DNA of 64,000 nt, from assembly GCA_012838135.1 (NCBI GenBank), contig DUPV01000048.1:13546-77545 (forward strand), in the 5' to 3' direction. Under the pieces are notes generated by a model that had not been told where the DNA came from, did no database searches, and was given only the letters and a program-made list of their open reading frames with translations. This document shows positions 37,804-47,601 of this stretch, one piece after another; the stretch's first letter is position 1; every line of letters begins with the position of its first letter. The stretch comes from Clostridiaceae bacterium (lineage in GTDB: Bacteria; Bacillota; Clostridia; Saccharofermentanales; DTU023). The position numbers were made by a program, and so were the translations under genes.

Positions 37804-38841
37804 TTATTCGAAACGTTGAATCAGCGATAGAAAATCTCGCCGATAAATTATTTTAACATTAACTCCGGGATATATTTCTTCCAGTTTTTTAAGTTTTTTT
37901 CGTTTAGCACTGACATACCGTTGATCCATTGTGGTTAATTCTAAATATAAATCAAACTTGGGCAGATAGAAGTCCGGACTGAATGCCATGGTTACTCTGT
38001 TTTCTTCATCCCATTCAACCGGAAAAAACTTAGGTTCGTAACGCCATTCAACTTGATATAGATTAAGCAATCTGGCAAATTCTTTTTCTGATTCATTTTT
38101 GAATTCAGGCAAATTGGTACTTTGAAGAATTGCCTGCTCGCTATCTCCTTGTCTGGCTAAATGGCGATTGATTTCATAATCTTCAACTAAGCTGTTAACT
38201 ACACTTAAACAAGCATCTAAAGACAATTTGTCCGTATTTAATATTAAGTGGAAAGAATCGAATTGATTATCGTCAGCTTGGAATAACGTACTTACAAAGC
38301 GACGATATTGACGATCAATTCTTTGAGTTAAATCGCCAGGCGTTAAATCAGCAATCTGAGCAGCAGGAATGAATTTCTCCATGAATTTTAATTCATGTAA
38401 AGAATCGATTGATGTAGAAAACTCTTTGTTCTTTTCCTTGTATTGCAAATAATTGCGATATTGTTCCTGAGAAATTTCTATTCGCTGTTCACGAATTTCT
38501 AAGGGAGAAACCGTTCGCAAATGAATTGCTCTGGGATGATCTTTTAATAAATAATTCGCTCCACAACCCAGTAATATTGCATTATTATTTTTAGCCCAAT
38601 CATGAATTGAGCCTTCCAAATATGCTTTAAAGTTCATTTGCTGATCTGTAGTAATCGGCTCGAAAAAATACTTGGCACTTACTTCGAGCATCTGTTTTTC
38701 ATGTTCACTGGCTATCGGCTTGAGAAATATTTCAATCATTTGATCAAAATCGATTAGAGTATATCCACTTTTATTAGATAAACGTTCAGCGAATTCATCT
38801 CCGAAACTGCCGGCTTCTCTGGAAATAGTTAATATGGGCAC
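37804..38841 (-). CDS. Cytidylate-kinase-like family protein fused to a C-terminal PD-(D/E)xK-like domain
   Basis: N-terminus ILTISREAGSFGDEFAERL (PF13189-like). C-terminal ~95 aa contains WRYEP...FSPDFYLPKFDLYLELTT...K. Confidence 0.55.
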   Translation of the reverse strand: MPILTISREAGSFGDEFAERLSNKSGYTLIDFDQMIEIFLKPIASEHEKQMLEVSAKYFFEPITTDQQMNFKAYLEGSIHDWAKNNNAILLGCGANYLLKDHPRAIHLRTVSPLEIREQRIEISQEQYRNYLQYKEKNKEFSTSIDSLHELKFMEKFIPAAQIADLTPGDLTQRIDRQYRRFVSTLFQADDNQFDSFHLILNTDKLSLDACLSVVNSLVEDYEINRHLARQGDSEQAILQSTNLPEFKNESEKEFARLLNLYQVEWRYEPKFFPVEWDEENRVTMAFSPDFYLPKFDLYLELTTMDQRYVSAKRKKLKKLEEIYPGVNVKIIYRRDFLSLIQRFE

Positions 38842-38959
38842 TTGAACCTCTTTTCAGAAATGATCAGAAACTTTAAAATATTATATCATGAAATCTGTTT
38901 GGATTGAACTCAAATGTGAAGAATTCTTGACTTAAAATTTTAATTTAAAGGAGGATTGA

Positions 38960-39895
38960 ATGAATAAAAAAAACATAATTAAATCAGGTATAATTGGCTA
39001 TCCGTTGAACTATTCAATTTCACCGGATATTCATAATTATTTGTATGAACAGGCTGGTATACAAGGTGTATATAAGGAGTTCAGAATCCGGCCGGAAGTA
39101 TTTGCCGAAAGAATTGATGCCATTCTGAAAGAATATCAATATTTGAATGTCACAATACCATATAAAAAAGATATTATTTCCCATTTACAAGGAACCTCTG
39201 ACAGTGCAAGGATTTTGGGTGTTGTTAATACTGTAGCATGTGAATTGGGTTATAATACGGACGGCATGGGATTAGAATTAGCTTTGGCGGAATGGCCGAA
39301 ACCTGATCATGCAATGATAATCGGGGCGGGAAACACTTCACGGACGGCGCTATATACTTTGCTTGATTTGGAAATTCCCAATATTTCTTTAATCCACAGA
39401 AATGCGAATACTCTGAATAAATTAAAGCAGGAATTTGCTGAAGTGATTAAAGTAAAAGTATTATCCGCAAGATCTTTTGCAAGCATAGCGACCGACCAAC
39501 AAATTAGCTTTTTGGATAATCCGGAAGAAATATTTGGATTTGATCAAAAAATAGATTTGTTAATTAATACAACTTCAGCAGGCATGTACCCCGAAATTGA
39601 TCAAATTCCCTTGCCTGAAGAGATTATTCAACATATTTTAATTGAATCAAAACCGAGAGTGTTTGATGTCGTTTACAATCCGATTCGCACAAAATTACTG
39701 AAGATGGCAACTGAAAGAGAATTAGAAATAAAGAATGGGCTTTCAATGCTGTTTTATCAAGCATATGCTTCCCAATCTATTTGGTTAGACAAGCAATACT
39801 CTGTTGAAAAAGCAGAAAAACTTTGGAAAAGTTTTGTTGAGAAATTTAATCCGGAAAAATTTATTGTGGAAAATTGGTCGGTTAAAAAAATATAA
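38960..39895 (+). CDS. aroE: Shikimate dehydrogenase
   Basis: Contains GIIGYPLNYSISPDIHN, NVTIPYK, NTD and a GAGNTSR Rossmann-type loop. Confidence 0.85.
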   Translation: MNKKNIIKSGIIGYPLNYSISPDIHNYLYEQAGIQGVYKEFRIRPEVFAERIDAILKEYQYLNVTIPYKKDIISHLQGTSDSARILGVVNTVACELGYNTDGMGLELALAEWPKPDHAMIIGAGNTSRTALYTLLDLEIPNISLIHRNANTLNKLKQEFAEVIKVKVLSARSFASIATDQQISFLDNPEEIFGFDQKIDLLINTTSAGMYPEIDQIPLPEEIIQHILIESKPRVFDVVYNPIRTKLLKMATERELEIKNGLSMLFYQAYASQSIWLDKQYSVEKAEKLWKSFVEKFNPEKFIVENWSVKKI

Positions 39896-39979
39896 TTTAT
39901 TACGGATTAACTTAAAATTATCTGAAATATAATTTAAATTTTCGATCAAAATATTGAGAAAAATTATATAGAAAGAAAT

Positions 39980-40864
39980 CTAGTGTTTTTTATAAAATAG
40001 CCTGAAAATTTTACTGAAATAAAATTTCAATTCTCGATACATACCTTTTATAAAAATGCGCAAATTAAATCTGCGAGGAAAAAATTGAGCCTTATTCTTA
40101 ACATAAGCACGAATTAACATTGCAATTTCCTGAGTATGCACTTGAATATTGTAATGCATCATATAATCTTCTGTATTCGGTGCAGCGCAGAAGAAACGAT
40201 ACCAAGCGCCATATGCATCACCGAGTCCGAATAAATGCCCGGCCTCATGTGCTGCGACTTGTTTCAGATGCTGTATGCTGCGTAAATCATTGATCACTGC
40301 ATAGCCGGGAAAATGTCGACTCCAATTGTAGCCTAAACTTTCAATTTGTCCGGTGCGAAAAATTCCCCAGAACTTGCGAAAGAGTCCACTCGCAACATGT
40401 GATGGTAAAATCCTGGGATTTTTGACGAAGATAGGTATCGGTCTTATTTTGCCCTTTAGTAATCGCTTTAAAAAAACGATTCTCGGATTTTGCCGACCGG
40501 ATAAGATATCTTCGGATAGTTTCACATGTATCGGCAATTTTGTCAGATGTTGTTCTGACAGTTGACAGGTAATATTATTTGAAAAATTGCGATTCATTTT
40601 GCAATCGGGTGATTTTGCTTGATATTGTTCTGCTGAATTTTGCCCTGTTTTTTGTAATAAGAAAAAATCTGAACATGCCTGTTTCAGTTCGGAATTCATC
40701 GAATAAATACCAGACCAATTTTGTTCAATACCTTCGATGACATAGTGTTTGTAAGATTGGTTACCCGAAAAAATATTAAGTGCAAACTTATTAAAGGATA
40801 CATGAAGGGTTAAATGAAAACCGCTGAGCGGATCATAGTTTAAATGTAAAGGGGACCGGTTCAT
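39980..40864 (-). CDS. Cytoplasmic zinc metallopeptidase-like protein with HEXXHXXGXXD motif
   Basis: AHEAGHLFGLGDAY at 40217-40249 (H206, E207, H210, G213, D216). No signal peptide seen. AT-rich gene. Confidence 0.55.
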   Translation of the reverse strand: MNRSPLHLNYDPLSGFHLTLHVSFNKFALNIFSGNQSYKHYVIEGIEQNWSGIYSMNSELKQACSDFFLLQKTGQNSAEQYQAKSPDCKMNRNFSNNITCQLSEQHLTKLPIHVKLSEDILSGRQNPRIVFLKRLLKGKIRPIPIFVKNPRILPSHVASGLFRKFWGIFRTGQIESLGYNWSRHFPGYAVINDLRSIQHLKQVAAHEAGHLFGLGDAYGAWYRFFCAAPNTEDYMMHYNIQVHTQEIAMLIRAYVKNKAQFFPRRFNLRIFIKGMYRELKFYFSKIFRLFYKKH

Positions 40865-40878
40865 AAACAGCTCATAGA

Positions 40879-41682
40879 TTAGTTTGGCCGAATATTATTC
40901 TTCAGCCAAGATTTCAAGCTAATTAAATTAAATTTCCGGGCTAAACGTTTATACCACGGAAATAAAGATATGTCCTGGGGATAAAACAGATGGGCATGGC
41001 TCATATCGAGAAAAATCGGATAGAGATAAGAAGTTTGTTCAGTACTGACATAATTTACGATTCCGGCTCCGGCAGAAAGAATTTCTTCTTCGTTTTTCAT
41101 GTCTGTAATCAAAATCAGATTGTTTTGGCTAACTGTTTTTTTTATATTTTCTGATTCAATAAATTTTATAGTTTCCGATAAAATGTTATCGACAATCAGA
41201 ACATTTAACAGAGGACGATAAAGCAGGAATATTCGATGGTATTTACTCTGAAACTTAAGATTAATGAAAGGAGTCTTTTTTTCGAAAATCAAACCTAAGC
41301 GATGTTTGGCAACTTGTTGATAATTTTGTTTACCAAGCCAACCAATGATCATTTGTACAATATTTCCTTGTTGCGCAATCTGATTTAGCAAAGCGGTATC
41401 AAGTTTATATTTTTCTACCTTAGCCAATTTAGCCAAACTTATGGGGTCTGCAGGGTTATAGGGATGAATTATATGATCGGCAATCATCGTACTGATGCTA
41501 CCAACACAATATATGAAATATAAAATTGCTAAACCGGCAAAGATCAAATTCAGCCATTTCATTGTAAGCAAAGGTTGCAAATGTTGAATATTGCTTCTAA
41601 TCCATAATAGAGCAAACCCTAGCAAAATAATAATAAGAATTTGGCCAGTTATATTACGGATTTTCCAATATTTTCGTTTCAC
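40879..41682 (-). CDS. Hypothetical 2-TM membrane protein with ~190-aa soluble domain
   Basis: Two N-terminal hydrophobic helices. Lies 14 nt upstream of the metallopeptidase gene on the same strand. No family recognised. Confidence 0.5.
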   Translation of the reverse strand: MKRKYWKIRNITGQILIIILLGFALLWIRSNIQHLQPLLTMKWLNLIFAGLAILYFIYCVGSISTMIADHIIHPYNPADPISLAKLAKVEKYKLDTALLNQIAQQGNIVQMIIGWLGKQNYQQVAKHRLGLIFEKKTPFINLKFQSKYHRIFLLYRPLLNVLIVDNILSETIKFIESENIKKTVSQNNLILITDMKNEEEILSAGAGIVNYVSTEQTSYLYPIFLDMSHAHLFYPQDISLFPWYKRLARKFNLISLKSWLKNNIRPN

Positions 41683-41782
41683 GCTTTACTCCTAATTTTT
41701 TATAATTGTAACATTAAAAAAAACATTTTAAAACTTGAGACGATTTAGATTACATTAATTTATTGCAGGTAAGAAAAATTTA

Positions 41783-42082
41783 TTATTTATTGTTTTCTGT
41801 AGAATAAGAATTTTTAATTTCAGCCGCTCCCAAATTACTATTCTGAATTTCACGAAGGGTTTGCTCAAAATCTTTTTCGGAGAAATCGTTTCCAATTAGA
41901 GTGTCAAGACTGACATTGAAATAAGAGCTGATTTTCCTTGCAACAGCTAAACTGGGAGTTCTTTCAGCATTTTCATAATGTGAAATCAAACTGCGAGAAA
42001 TTCCGAGCTCTCTTGCTAACATTAATTGAGTTAGATTATTTTGTTTGCGTAATTGTTTGAGGTTATTTGAAAAATCCGTCAT
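41783..42082 (-). CDS. XRE-family helix-turn-helix transcriptional regulator
   Basis: Contains LKQLRKQNNLTQLMLARELGISRSLISHYENAERTPS. Confidence 0.85.
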   Translation of the reverse strand: MTDFSNNLKQLRKQNNLTQLMLARELGISRSLISHYENAERTPSLAVARKISSYFNVSLDTLIGNDFSEKDFEQTLREIQNSNLGAAEIKNSYSTENNK

Positions 42083-42108
42083 AAGATCACCTGAACTAAA
42101 CTAAATCA

Positions 42109-42143
42109 ATGTTACAAACAGCCACTGTTTCTTATTGTAACAT
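42109..42143. promoter_or_regulatory. Perfect 9-bp inverted repeat (candidate operator) upstream of the XRE gene
   Basis: ATGTTACAA-N17-TTGTAACAT with an inner AACAG/CTGTT pair. Confidence 0.4.
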
Positions 42144-42396
42144 ATTTTAGGAACAAGTAGTTGATGAGTTGTAAGCTGGATAGAATAAATTTTTATCTGT
42201 TATGCCCGAGAATCAATTTTATCGCCTAATTATAATTCTAAATCATTATAGAAATTAATTTGTTGTAAGTTAGAAAAGTCAAAACATGGTTTAGCTCAGC
42301 CCTTATTATTTTAGGATGAAGAATATTTAAATTCGTGATACAATAAGTAACAATAAGTCACCTGTCAAGTTAGTAATAATATTAAGGAGTAACAAG

Positions 42397-42582
42397 ATGC
42401 GTGATTGGTTAAAGGAAATACGCTTAACATCGGGCTACACTCAGACCGATATAGCCAATTCATTAAAAATTTCCCGTTCTTACTATACACAAATTGAGTT
42501 GGGAAATAGAAACCCTTCTCCTAAAGTTGCAATTGAATTAGGCAAACTATTAGATTTCGAGTGGACTCGGTTTTTTGAGTAA
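42397..42582 (+). CDS. Small XRE-family HTH regulator (61 aa), divergent from 41783-42082
   Basis: Contains GYTQTDIANSLKISRSYYTQIELGNRNPS. AAGGAG RBS. Confidence 0.8.
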   Translation: MRDWLKEIRLTSGYTQTDIANSLKISRSYYTQIELGNRNPSPKVAIELGKLLDFEWTRFFE

Positions 42583-42706
42583 TAACTGCAATCATTCCGG
42601 TTTATAACAATTATTTGCTAATTTTGAATGATAGCTGCAGTATGCAGTATATTGTTTATCGATAATTTTTTACTAACTTGATTTCACAATTGTTCATTTT
42701 AAAGTC

Positions 42707-42734
42707 TTGAAGATGTTTGTAAAAGTGCTATAAT
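42707..42734 (+). promoter_or_regulatory. ctsR operon promoter
   Basis: TTGAAG, 16-nt spacer, TGcTATAAT (extended -10). Confidence 0.6.
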
Positions 42735-42742
42735 AATTTCAA

Positions 42743-42766
42743 AGTCAAAGAAAGTCAAAGTCAAAA
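42743..42766 (+). promoter_or_regulatory. CtsR operator (GTCAAA direct repeats)
   Basis: AGTCAAAGAAAGTCAAAGTCAAA, three GTCAAA heptad cores immediately downstream of the -10. Confidence 0.75.
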
Positions 42767-42823
42767 TTTAAATATGAAAATACATAATTGCTAAATTATC
42801 AATGTGACAAAGGAGTGAGGATA

Positions 42824-43306
42824 GTGTCAAAGATAAGTGATTCAATTGAAGCGATTTTAAAGCAAATGTTGGATGAGAATGAGGGAATTGCAGAATTTAC
42901 CCGTAATGAATTGGCGGAAAAAATGAATTGTGTCCCTTCGCAAATAACTTACGTTCTCCAGACGCGATTTACCAATGGTATGGGTTATCTCAAAGAGAGC
43001 AAACGCGGCGGCGGAGGATCAATCACGATCAGGAGAGTGGAGTTCACTTCGCCTAAACAACAACTGGCTCAGCAAATACAATCTATACCGGAGAGTCTCA
43101 GTCAACAAAAGGCGTATTTAATATTGGATAATTTAAGTGAACAAGATGTTATTGATGAGCGAATTTCCAAAATAGTCAAATCTGCAGTTTCGCATCAAGC
43201 TTTGCATAAAGTGCCGAATCTGATTGTCGATCAAGTTCGTTCAGATATTTTTGTAAATATCTTATTGGTACTGTATCAACAAAAACATGCAGGAGGGAAA
43301 AAATAA
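42824..43306 (+). CDS. ctsR: Class III stress-gene repressor CtsR
   Basis: Contains SDSIEAILKQML, VPSQITYVLQTRFT and KRGGGGSITI. GTG start at 42824 lies 8 nt after AGGAG; the track TTG start at 42788 is less likely. Confidence 0.9.
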   Translation: MSKISDSIEAILKQMLDENEGIAEFTRNELAEKMNCVPSQITYVLQTRFTNGMGYLKESKRGGGGSITIRRVEFTSPKQQLAQQIQSIPESLSQQKAYLILDNLSEQDVIDERISKIVKSAVSHQALHKVPNLIVDQVRSDIFVNILLVLYQQKHAGGKK

Positions 43307-43896
43307 TGTTATGTGAGAAATGTCTAAAAAATGAAGCTAATATTTCGGTTAAAACAATGATTAATGGTGTTGTGAAAACCTATCAACTCTGTTCTGAATG
43401 TGCGCAAAAACAGGGATTATTTCAATCGGGATTTGGTTTTGAGAATTTTCCAATGTCTAATTATTTAGGTCAAGCATTATTTAATTTTCCTTTTAGTACA
43501 TTGAGCAGTCAACCGAAAACTATCGGAACCAAAATTAAAAAGTCCGTCTGTTGCCCTGCCTGCGGTCAGAAATTTGCTGATTTCAAAACAACCGGTTTGT
43601 TTGGCTGTCCTGAATGTTATTCAACATTTCATGATGTAATTTGTTCAATGCTGGATCAAATTCACGGCGGGCATATTCATAATGCCACTCAAATTGCACC
43701 TGATTATATCGAGGTTGCGGAATCGAAACCTCTCACGGAAATTGAGCAATTAAAATCTGAGTTAAAAGAGAAAATTCAATTAGAACAATATGAAGAAGCT
43801 GCTGTGCTCAGAGATAAGATCAAAGAACTAACAGCTGCCGAAAAAAGCAATGCAGCAAATAATATTGAAATTGAATCTGAAGGAGAGGGGAAATAA
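43306..43896 (+). CDS. mcsA: McsA (ClpC adaptor / McsB activator) with zinc fingers and UVR motif
   Basis: Contains CEKC...CSEC, CPACG...CPEC and the UVR-like EQYEEAAVLRDKIKEL. Confidence 0.88.
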   Translation: MLCEKCLKNEANISVKTMINGVVKTYQLCSECAQKQGLFQSGFGFENFPMSNYLGQALFNFPFSTLSSQPKTIGTKIKKSVCCPACGQKFADFKTTGLFGCPECYSTFHDVICSMLDQIHGGHIHNATQIAPDYIEVAESKPLTEIEQLKSELKEKIQLEQYEEAAVLRDKIKELTAAEKSNAANNIEIESEGEGK

Positions 43897-43897
43897 T

Positions 43898-44935
43898 ATG
43901 AGTTGGTACGAAGAACACGGTTCTGATCAGGACGTAGTAATCAGTACGAGAGTACGTTTGGCCCGCAATATTAAAGGATATAAGTTTCCCCATTTGCTTG
44001 ACGGTGCAGAAACTGCCGAATTGACAAATGAAGTTGTTACGGCTGTGCAAAGACTTGATCCGCAATCTTTTCGTTTGGTTGAATTAAATAGCCTGAATTT
44101 GACTGATAAACAAAGCCTGGCGGAAAGACATTTAATCAGCCCGCAACTGATTAATTCTAAACAAAATAAAGCTTTGTTGATAAATCAGAATGAAGATTTG
44201 AGTGTACTGATTCTGGATGAAGATCATCTGAGAATTCAAGCTATAAAAGCCGGCTTTGATCCGGATCAGGCTTTTGAACAAGCGAAGAATTTGGCTGTAG
44301 CTTTGGAAAGCGTTTTGGAAATAGCTTGCGATCAGGAATTCGGTTACTTGACCGCTTGTCCGACTAATGTAGGTACCGGACTGAGGATTTCTGCTCTGTT
44401 ACATGTTCCTGGTTTGGAGCATTTGAATCAACTAAAGTATATGATTGATTCTTTGCGCAGATCGGGTTTTACAGTTAGAGGTTATTACGGTGAGGGCAGT
44501 TCTGAACAAGGTCAAATGTTGCAAATTTCAAACCAGATCACTTTGGGCAAAACGGATAAGGATTTGGTCAATCAGTTTAAAACGATACTGAGTGTTTTTA
44601 TCAAACAAGAACGTGAAGCAAGAAAGCATTGGTATGAAAATGAGCAGATTAAATTACGAGATAAAGTTTATCGCTCTAAAGCAATTTTAAGTAATGCATA
44701 TTTGATTGGACATGAAGAGGCATTTAATTGTCTAAGCGATGTACGTTTGGGTCGTGCTTTAGGTTTTGCCGAATTTCCTGATTATACCGATATTTTAGCC
44801 CTGATTTATTTAATCGGTGTAGGTTCAATTCAGAAAAAAGAAGGTCAGATCTTAAATAGTGAACAAAGAGATATTGCCAGAGCAAAATTAATCAAAAAAT
44901 ATTTTGCCGAATTAACCAATAATAAAGAACAATAA
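43898..44935 (+). CDS. mcsB: Protein arginine kinase McsB
   Basis: Contains VISTRVRLARNIKGYKFP and CPTNVGTGLR (phosphagen-kinase fold). ATG at 43898 follows a GGAG-rich RBS. Confidence 0.92.
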   Translation: MSWYEEHGSDQDVVISTRVRLARNIKGYKFPHLLDGAETAELTNEVVTAVQRLDPQSFRLVELNSLNLTDKQSLAERHLISPQLINSKQNKALLINQNEDLSVLILDEDHLRIQAIKAGFDPDQAFEQAKNLAVALESVLEIACDQEFGYLTACPTNVGTGLRISALLHVPGLEHLNQLKYMIDSLRRSGFTVRGYYGEGSSEQGQMLQISNQITLGKTDKDLVNQFKTILSVFIKQEREARKHWYENEQIKLRDKVYRSKAILSNAYLIGHEEAFNCLSDVRLGRALGFAEFPDYTDILALIYLIGVGSIQKKEGQILNSEQRDIARAKLIKKYFAELTNNKEQ

Positions 44936-44957
44936 CTTTCAACTTAAAACGATTTTA

Positions 44958-44988
44958 AATTTCAAATTTTTTAAAATAATTTGAAATT
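44958..44988. repeat. AT-only 11-bp perfect palindrome between mcsB and clpC
   Basis: AATTTCAAATT-TTTTAAAAT-AATTTGAAATT. Confidence 0.4.
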
Positions 44989-45031
44989 GACAAATAAAAA
45001 TAAATAATATCTGAAAATGGAGGAAATAGAT

Positions 45032-47587
45032 ATGATGATAAAATTATCCGAACGTTCCGGTAAAGTGCTTACCGAAGCATATAAAACAGCAAGATCTTAC
45101 GGGATAGATTATATCGGAACGGAGTATTTGTTAAAAGGGATTCTGGTGGAAGGCGGGAAAGCCGGTCAAATTCTGAATAAGTATAATTTAACTGTCGAGA
45201 ATATAACAGAAGTCTTGAATCAATTTAATAAACAAGAACCGAAAGATTTCTCCGGTGACAGCAATATCAGCGGTGATCAGATTTACCAAATGATGACACC
45301 CAGAACCAAGCAGGTTCTGAATTTGGCTGCGAGAGAGGCAAATGCACGGAATGTCCCTGCGGTTGAACCTGAGCATCTATTATTAGGAATTTTAAGAGAA
45401 GGTGATAGTGTTGCAGTAAGAATTCTCCGTAGTGCCAATATCAGCATCCAAAAACTTTATGCCGAGATTATTCAAAGTTTTGGCGGTTCTTTCTTCGGCA
45501 GCCTTTTTGGTCAGCTGGCACATAATCCTGAAGAGCCGGATTTGACAGCTAAAGACAGTTTATCCGGACAAGCCGGATCAAAGAATAGTTCTACGCCGAC
45601 TTTAGATCAATTTGGTATCGATTTTACGGAAGTAGCAAGGAATGACGGCTTCGATCCCATTATCGGTCGTGATGAAGAAATTATGCGCTCAATGCAAATT
45701 CTTTGCCGCAGAACCAAAAACAATCCGGTGCTGATTGGTGAACCGGGTGTAGGAAAAACGGCTATTGCAGAAGGCTTAGCTCAAAAAATTGCTGCAGATG
45801 ATGTACCTGATCTTCTGAAAAACAAACGTCTCTTTTCGCTTGATCTTTCCGGTATGTTGGCAGGTGCAAAATACAGGGGTGAATTTGAAGAACGTCTGAA
45901 AAACGGTATTGATGAGGCAGTAAAAGCCGGAGATGTAATTTTGTTTATCGATGAATTACATACGATTATCGGTGCCGGAGCATCAGAGGGTGCAATGGAC
46001 GCTTCTAACATCTTGAAACCGATGCTGGCAAGAGGTGAAATGCAGGTGATTGGGGCAACGACAATTGATGAATACAGAAAGAATTTGGAAAAAGATGCTG
46101 CATTAGCCAGAAGATTCCAACCGGTTATGATTGATGAACCGAGTGAAGATGAATCAATTCGTATTTTAATGGGTTTAAGAAAAAAATATGAGGATCATCA
46201 CAAAGTTGTAATCACTGATCAAGCGATTGAAGAAGCGGTTAAGTTATCCAGTCGCTACATTACGGATCGATTTTTACCGGATAAGGCAATTGATTTAATT
46301 GATGAAGCTTCTTCAAAGGTCAGAATGGCTGTTTCGGAAGAACCGCAAGATTTGAAAGATAAAGAAGAAGCATTGGCCAAGATTATTCAGGAAAAAGAAA
46401 CTGCTGTAAAAAATGAAGAGTTTGAACAAGCAGCTGAGCTTCTGAAAGAAGAAAACAAATTAACTGAAGAGATTAATGTCGCCAAAGCCGAAAAAGATGA
46501 TGCCGAATCGGCTGAACGACCTGAAATAAAAGTTGACGACATTGCGGAAATTGTTGCTGCCTGGACCGGAATTCCTGTAATGAAATTGACCGAAGATGAT
46601 CATGAAAAGATGAGAAATCTTGAAGCTGAACTCAAAAAACGGGTAATCGGTCAAGATGAAGCGGTGACCGCAGTTGCCAAAGCTATTCGCAGAGGCCGAC
46701 TGGGCTTGAAAAATCCGAATCGTCCGACAGGATCTTTCGTTTTCCTGGGTACAACCGGTGTCGGTAAAACAGAACTGGCAAAAGCTTTGGCAGATACGAT
46801 GTTCGGTGATGAAAATGCAATGGTCAGAATCGATATGTCGGAATATATGGAAAAATTCGATGTGTCAAAGCTGATCGGATCTCCTCCGGGTTATGTCGGC
46901 TATGATGAAGGCGGGCAGCTAACGGAAAAAGTCAGAAGAAGACCATATACGGTGATCTTATTTGATGAAATTGAAAAAGCTCATCCGGACGTATTTAATG
47001 TTTTGCTGCAAGTTCTGGAAGATGGTCGTTTAACCGACGGTCAAGGTCGTACGGTTGATTTTAAGAATACAATAATTATAATGACATCGAATATCGGAGC
47101 TCGTCTATTAACTTCAAGCAGCAGCGGAAAAATCGGTTTTGCAGCACCTGTAAGTGATGAACAAGTGGACGATGCTCAAATTGACCAAAATTTATATGGC
47201 GGCAGACGCTATGAAGAAGCCAGAGAATTAATTATGAAAGAAGTTAAAAATACTTTTCCACCTGAATTCTTAAATAGAATTGATGAAATGATTTTCTTTA
47301 CGATGTTGTCGCAAGAGGCATTATTGCAAATTGTGAATATTATGCTGGGTCAACTTGAAAAAAGAATTGCCGATATCGGTATCCAAATTGAAGTCACTGA
47401 TCAGGCTAAAGATTGGCTGGTTAAGAACGGCTATGAACCGCAATATGGTGCCAGACCGTTGCGTCGTTTGATTCAATCTTCAATTGAAGATAAATTCTCG
47501 GAAGCGATGTTAGATGATATTATCGCTGAGGGAGATACGGCATTAATTGACGTAGAAGAAGACCAAATAGTAATCAGCAAAAAATAG
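45032..47587 (+). CDS. clpC: ATP-dependent Clp protease ATPase subunit ClpC
   Basis: Clp_N repeats, two Walker A loops ([16 protein letters not shown]) and a UVR-like coiled coil. GGAGG lies 8 nt before the ATG at 45032. Confidence 0.95.
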   Translation: MMIKLSERSGKVLTEAYKTARSYGIDYIGTEYLLKGILVEGGKAGQILNKYNLTVENITEVLNQFNKQEPKDFSGDSNISGDQIYQMMTPRTKQVLNLAAREANARNVPAVEPEHLLLGILREGDSVAVRILRSANISIQKLYAEIIQSFGGSFFGSLFGQLAHNPEEPDLTAKDSLSGQAGSKNSSTPTLDQFGIDFTEVARNDGFDPIIGRDEEIMRSMQILCRRTKNNPVLIGEPGVGKTAIAEGLAQKIAADDVPDLLKNKRLFSLDLSGMLAGAKYRGEFEERLKNGIDEAVKAGDVILFIDELHTIIGAGASEGAMDASNILKPMLARGEMQVIGATTIDEYRKNLEKDAALARRFQPVMIDEPSEDESIRILMGLRKKYEDHHKVVITDQAIEEAVKLSSRYITDRFLPDKAIDLIDEASSKVRMAVSEEPQDLKDKEEALAKIIQEKETAVKNEEFEQAAELLKEENKLTEEINVAKAEKDDAESAERPEIKVDDIAEIVAAWTGIPVMKLTEDDHEKMRNLEAELKKRVIGQDEAVTAVAKAIRRGRLGLKNPNRPTGSFVFLGTTGVGKTELAKALADTMFGDENAMVRIDMSEYMEKFDVSKLIGSPPGYVGYDEGGQLTEKVRRRPYTVILFDEIEKAHPDVFNVLLQVLEDGRLTDGQGRTVDFKNTIIIMTSNIGARLLTSSSSGKIGFAAPVSDEQVDDAQIDQNLYGGRRYEEARELIMKEVKNTFPPEFLNRIDEMIFFTMLSQEALLQIVNIMLGQLEKRIADIGIQIEVTDQAKDWLVKNGYEPQYGARPLRRLIQSSIEDKFSEAMLDDIIAEGDTALIDVEEDQIVISKK

Positions 47588-47601
47588 CTTGTTAAAAGGA
47601 T

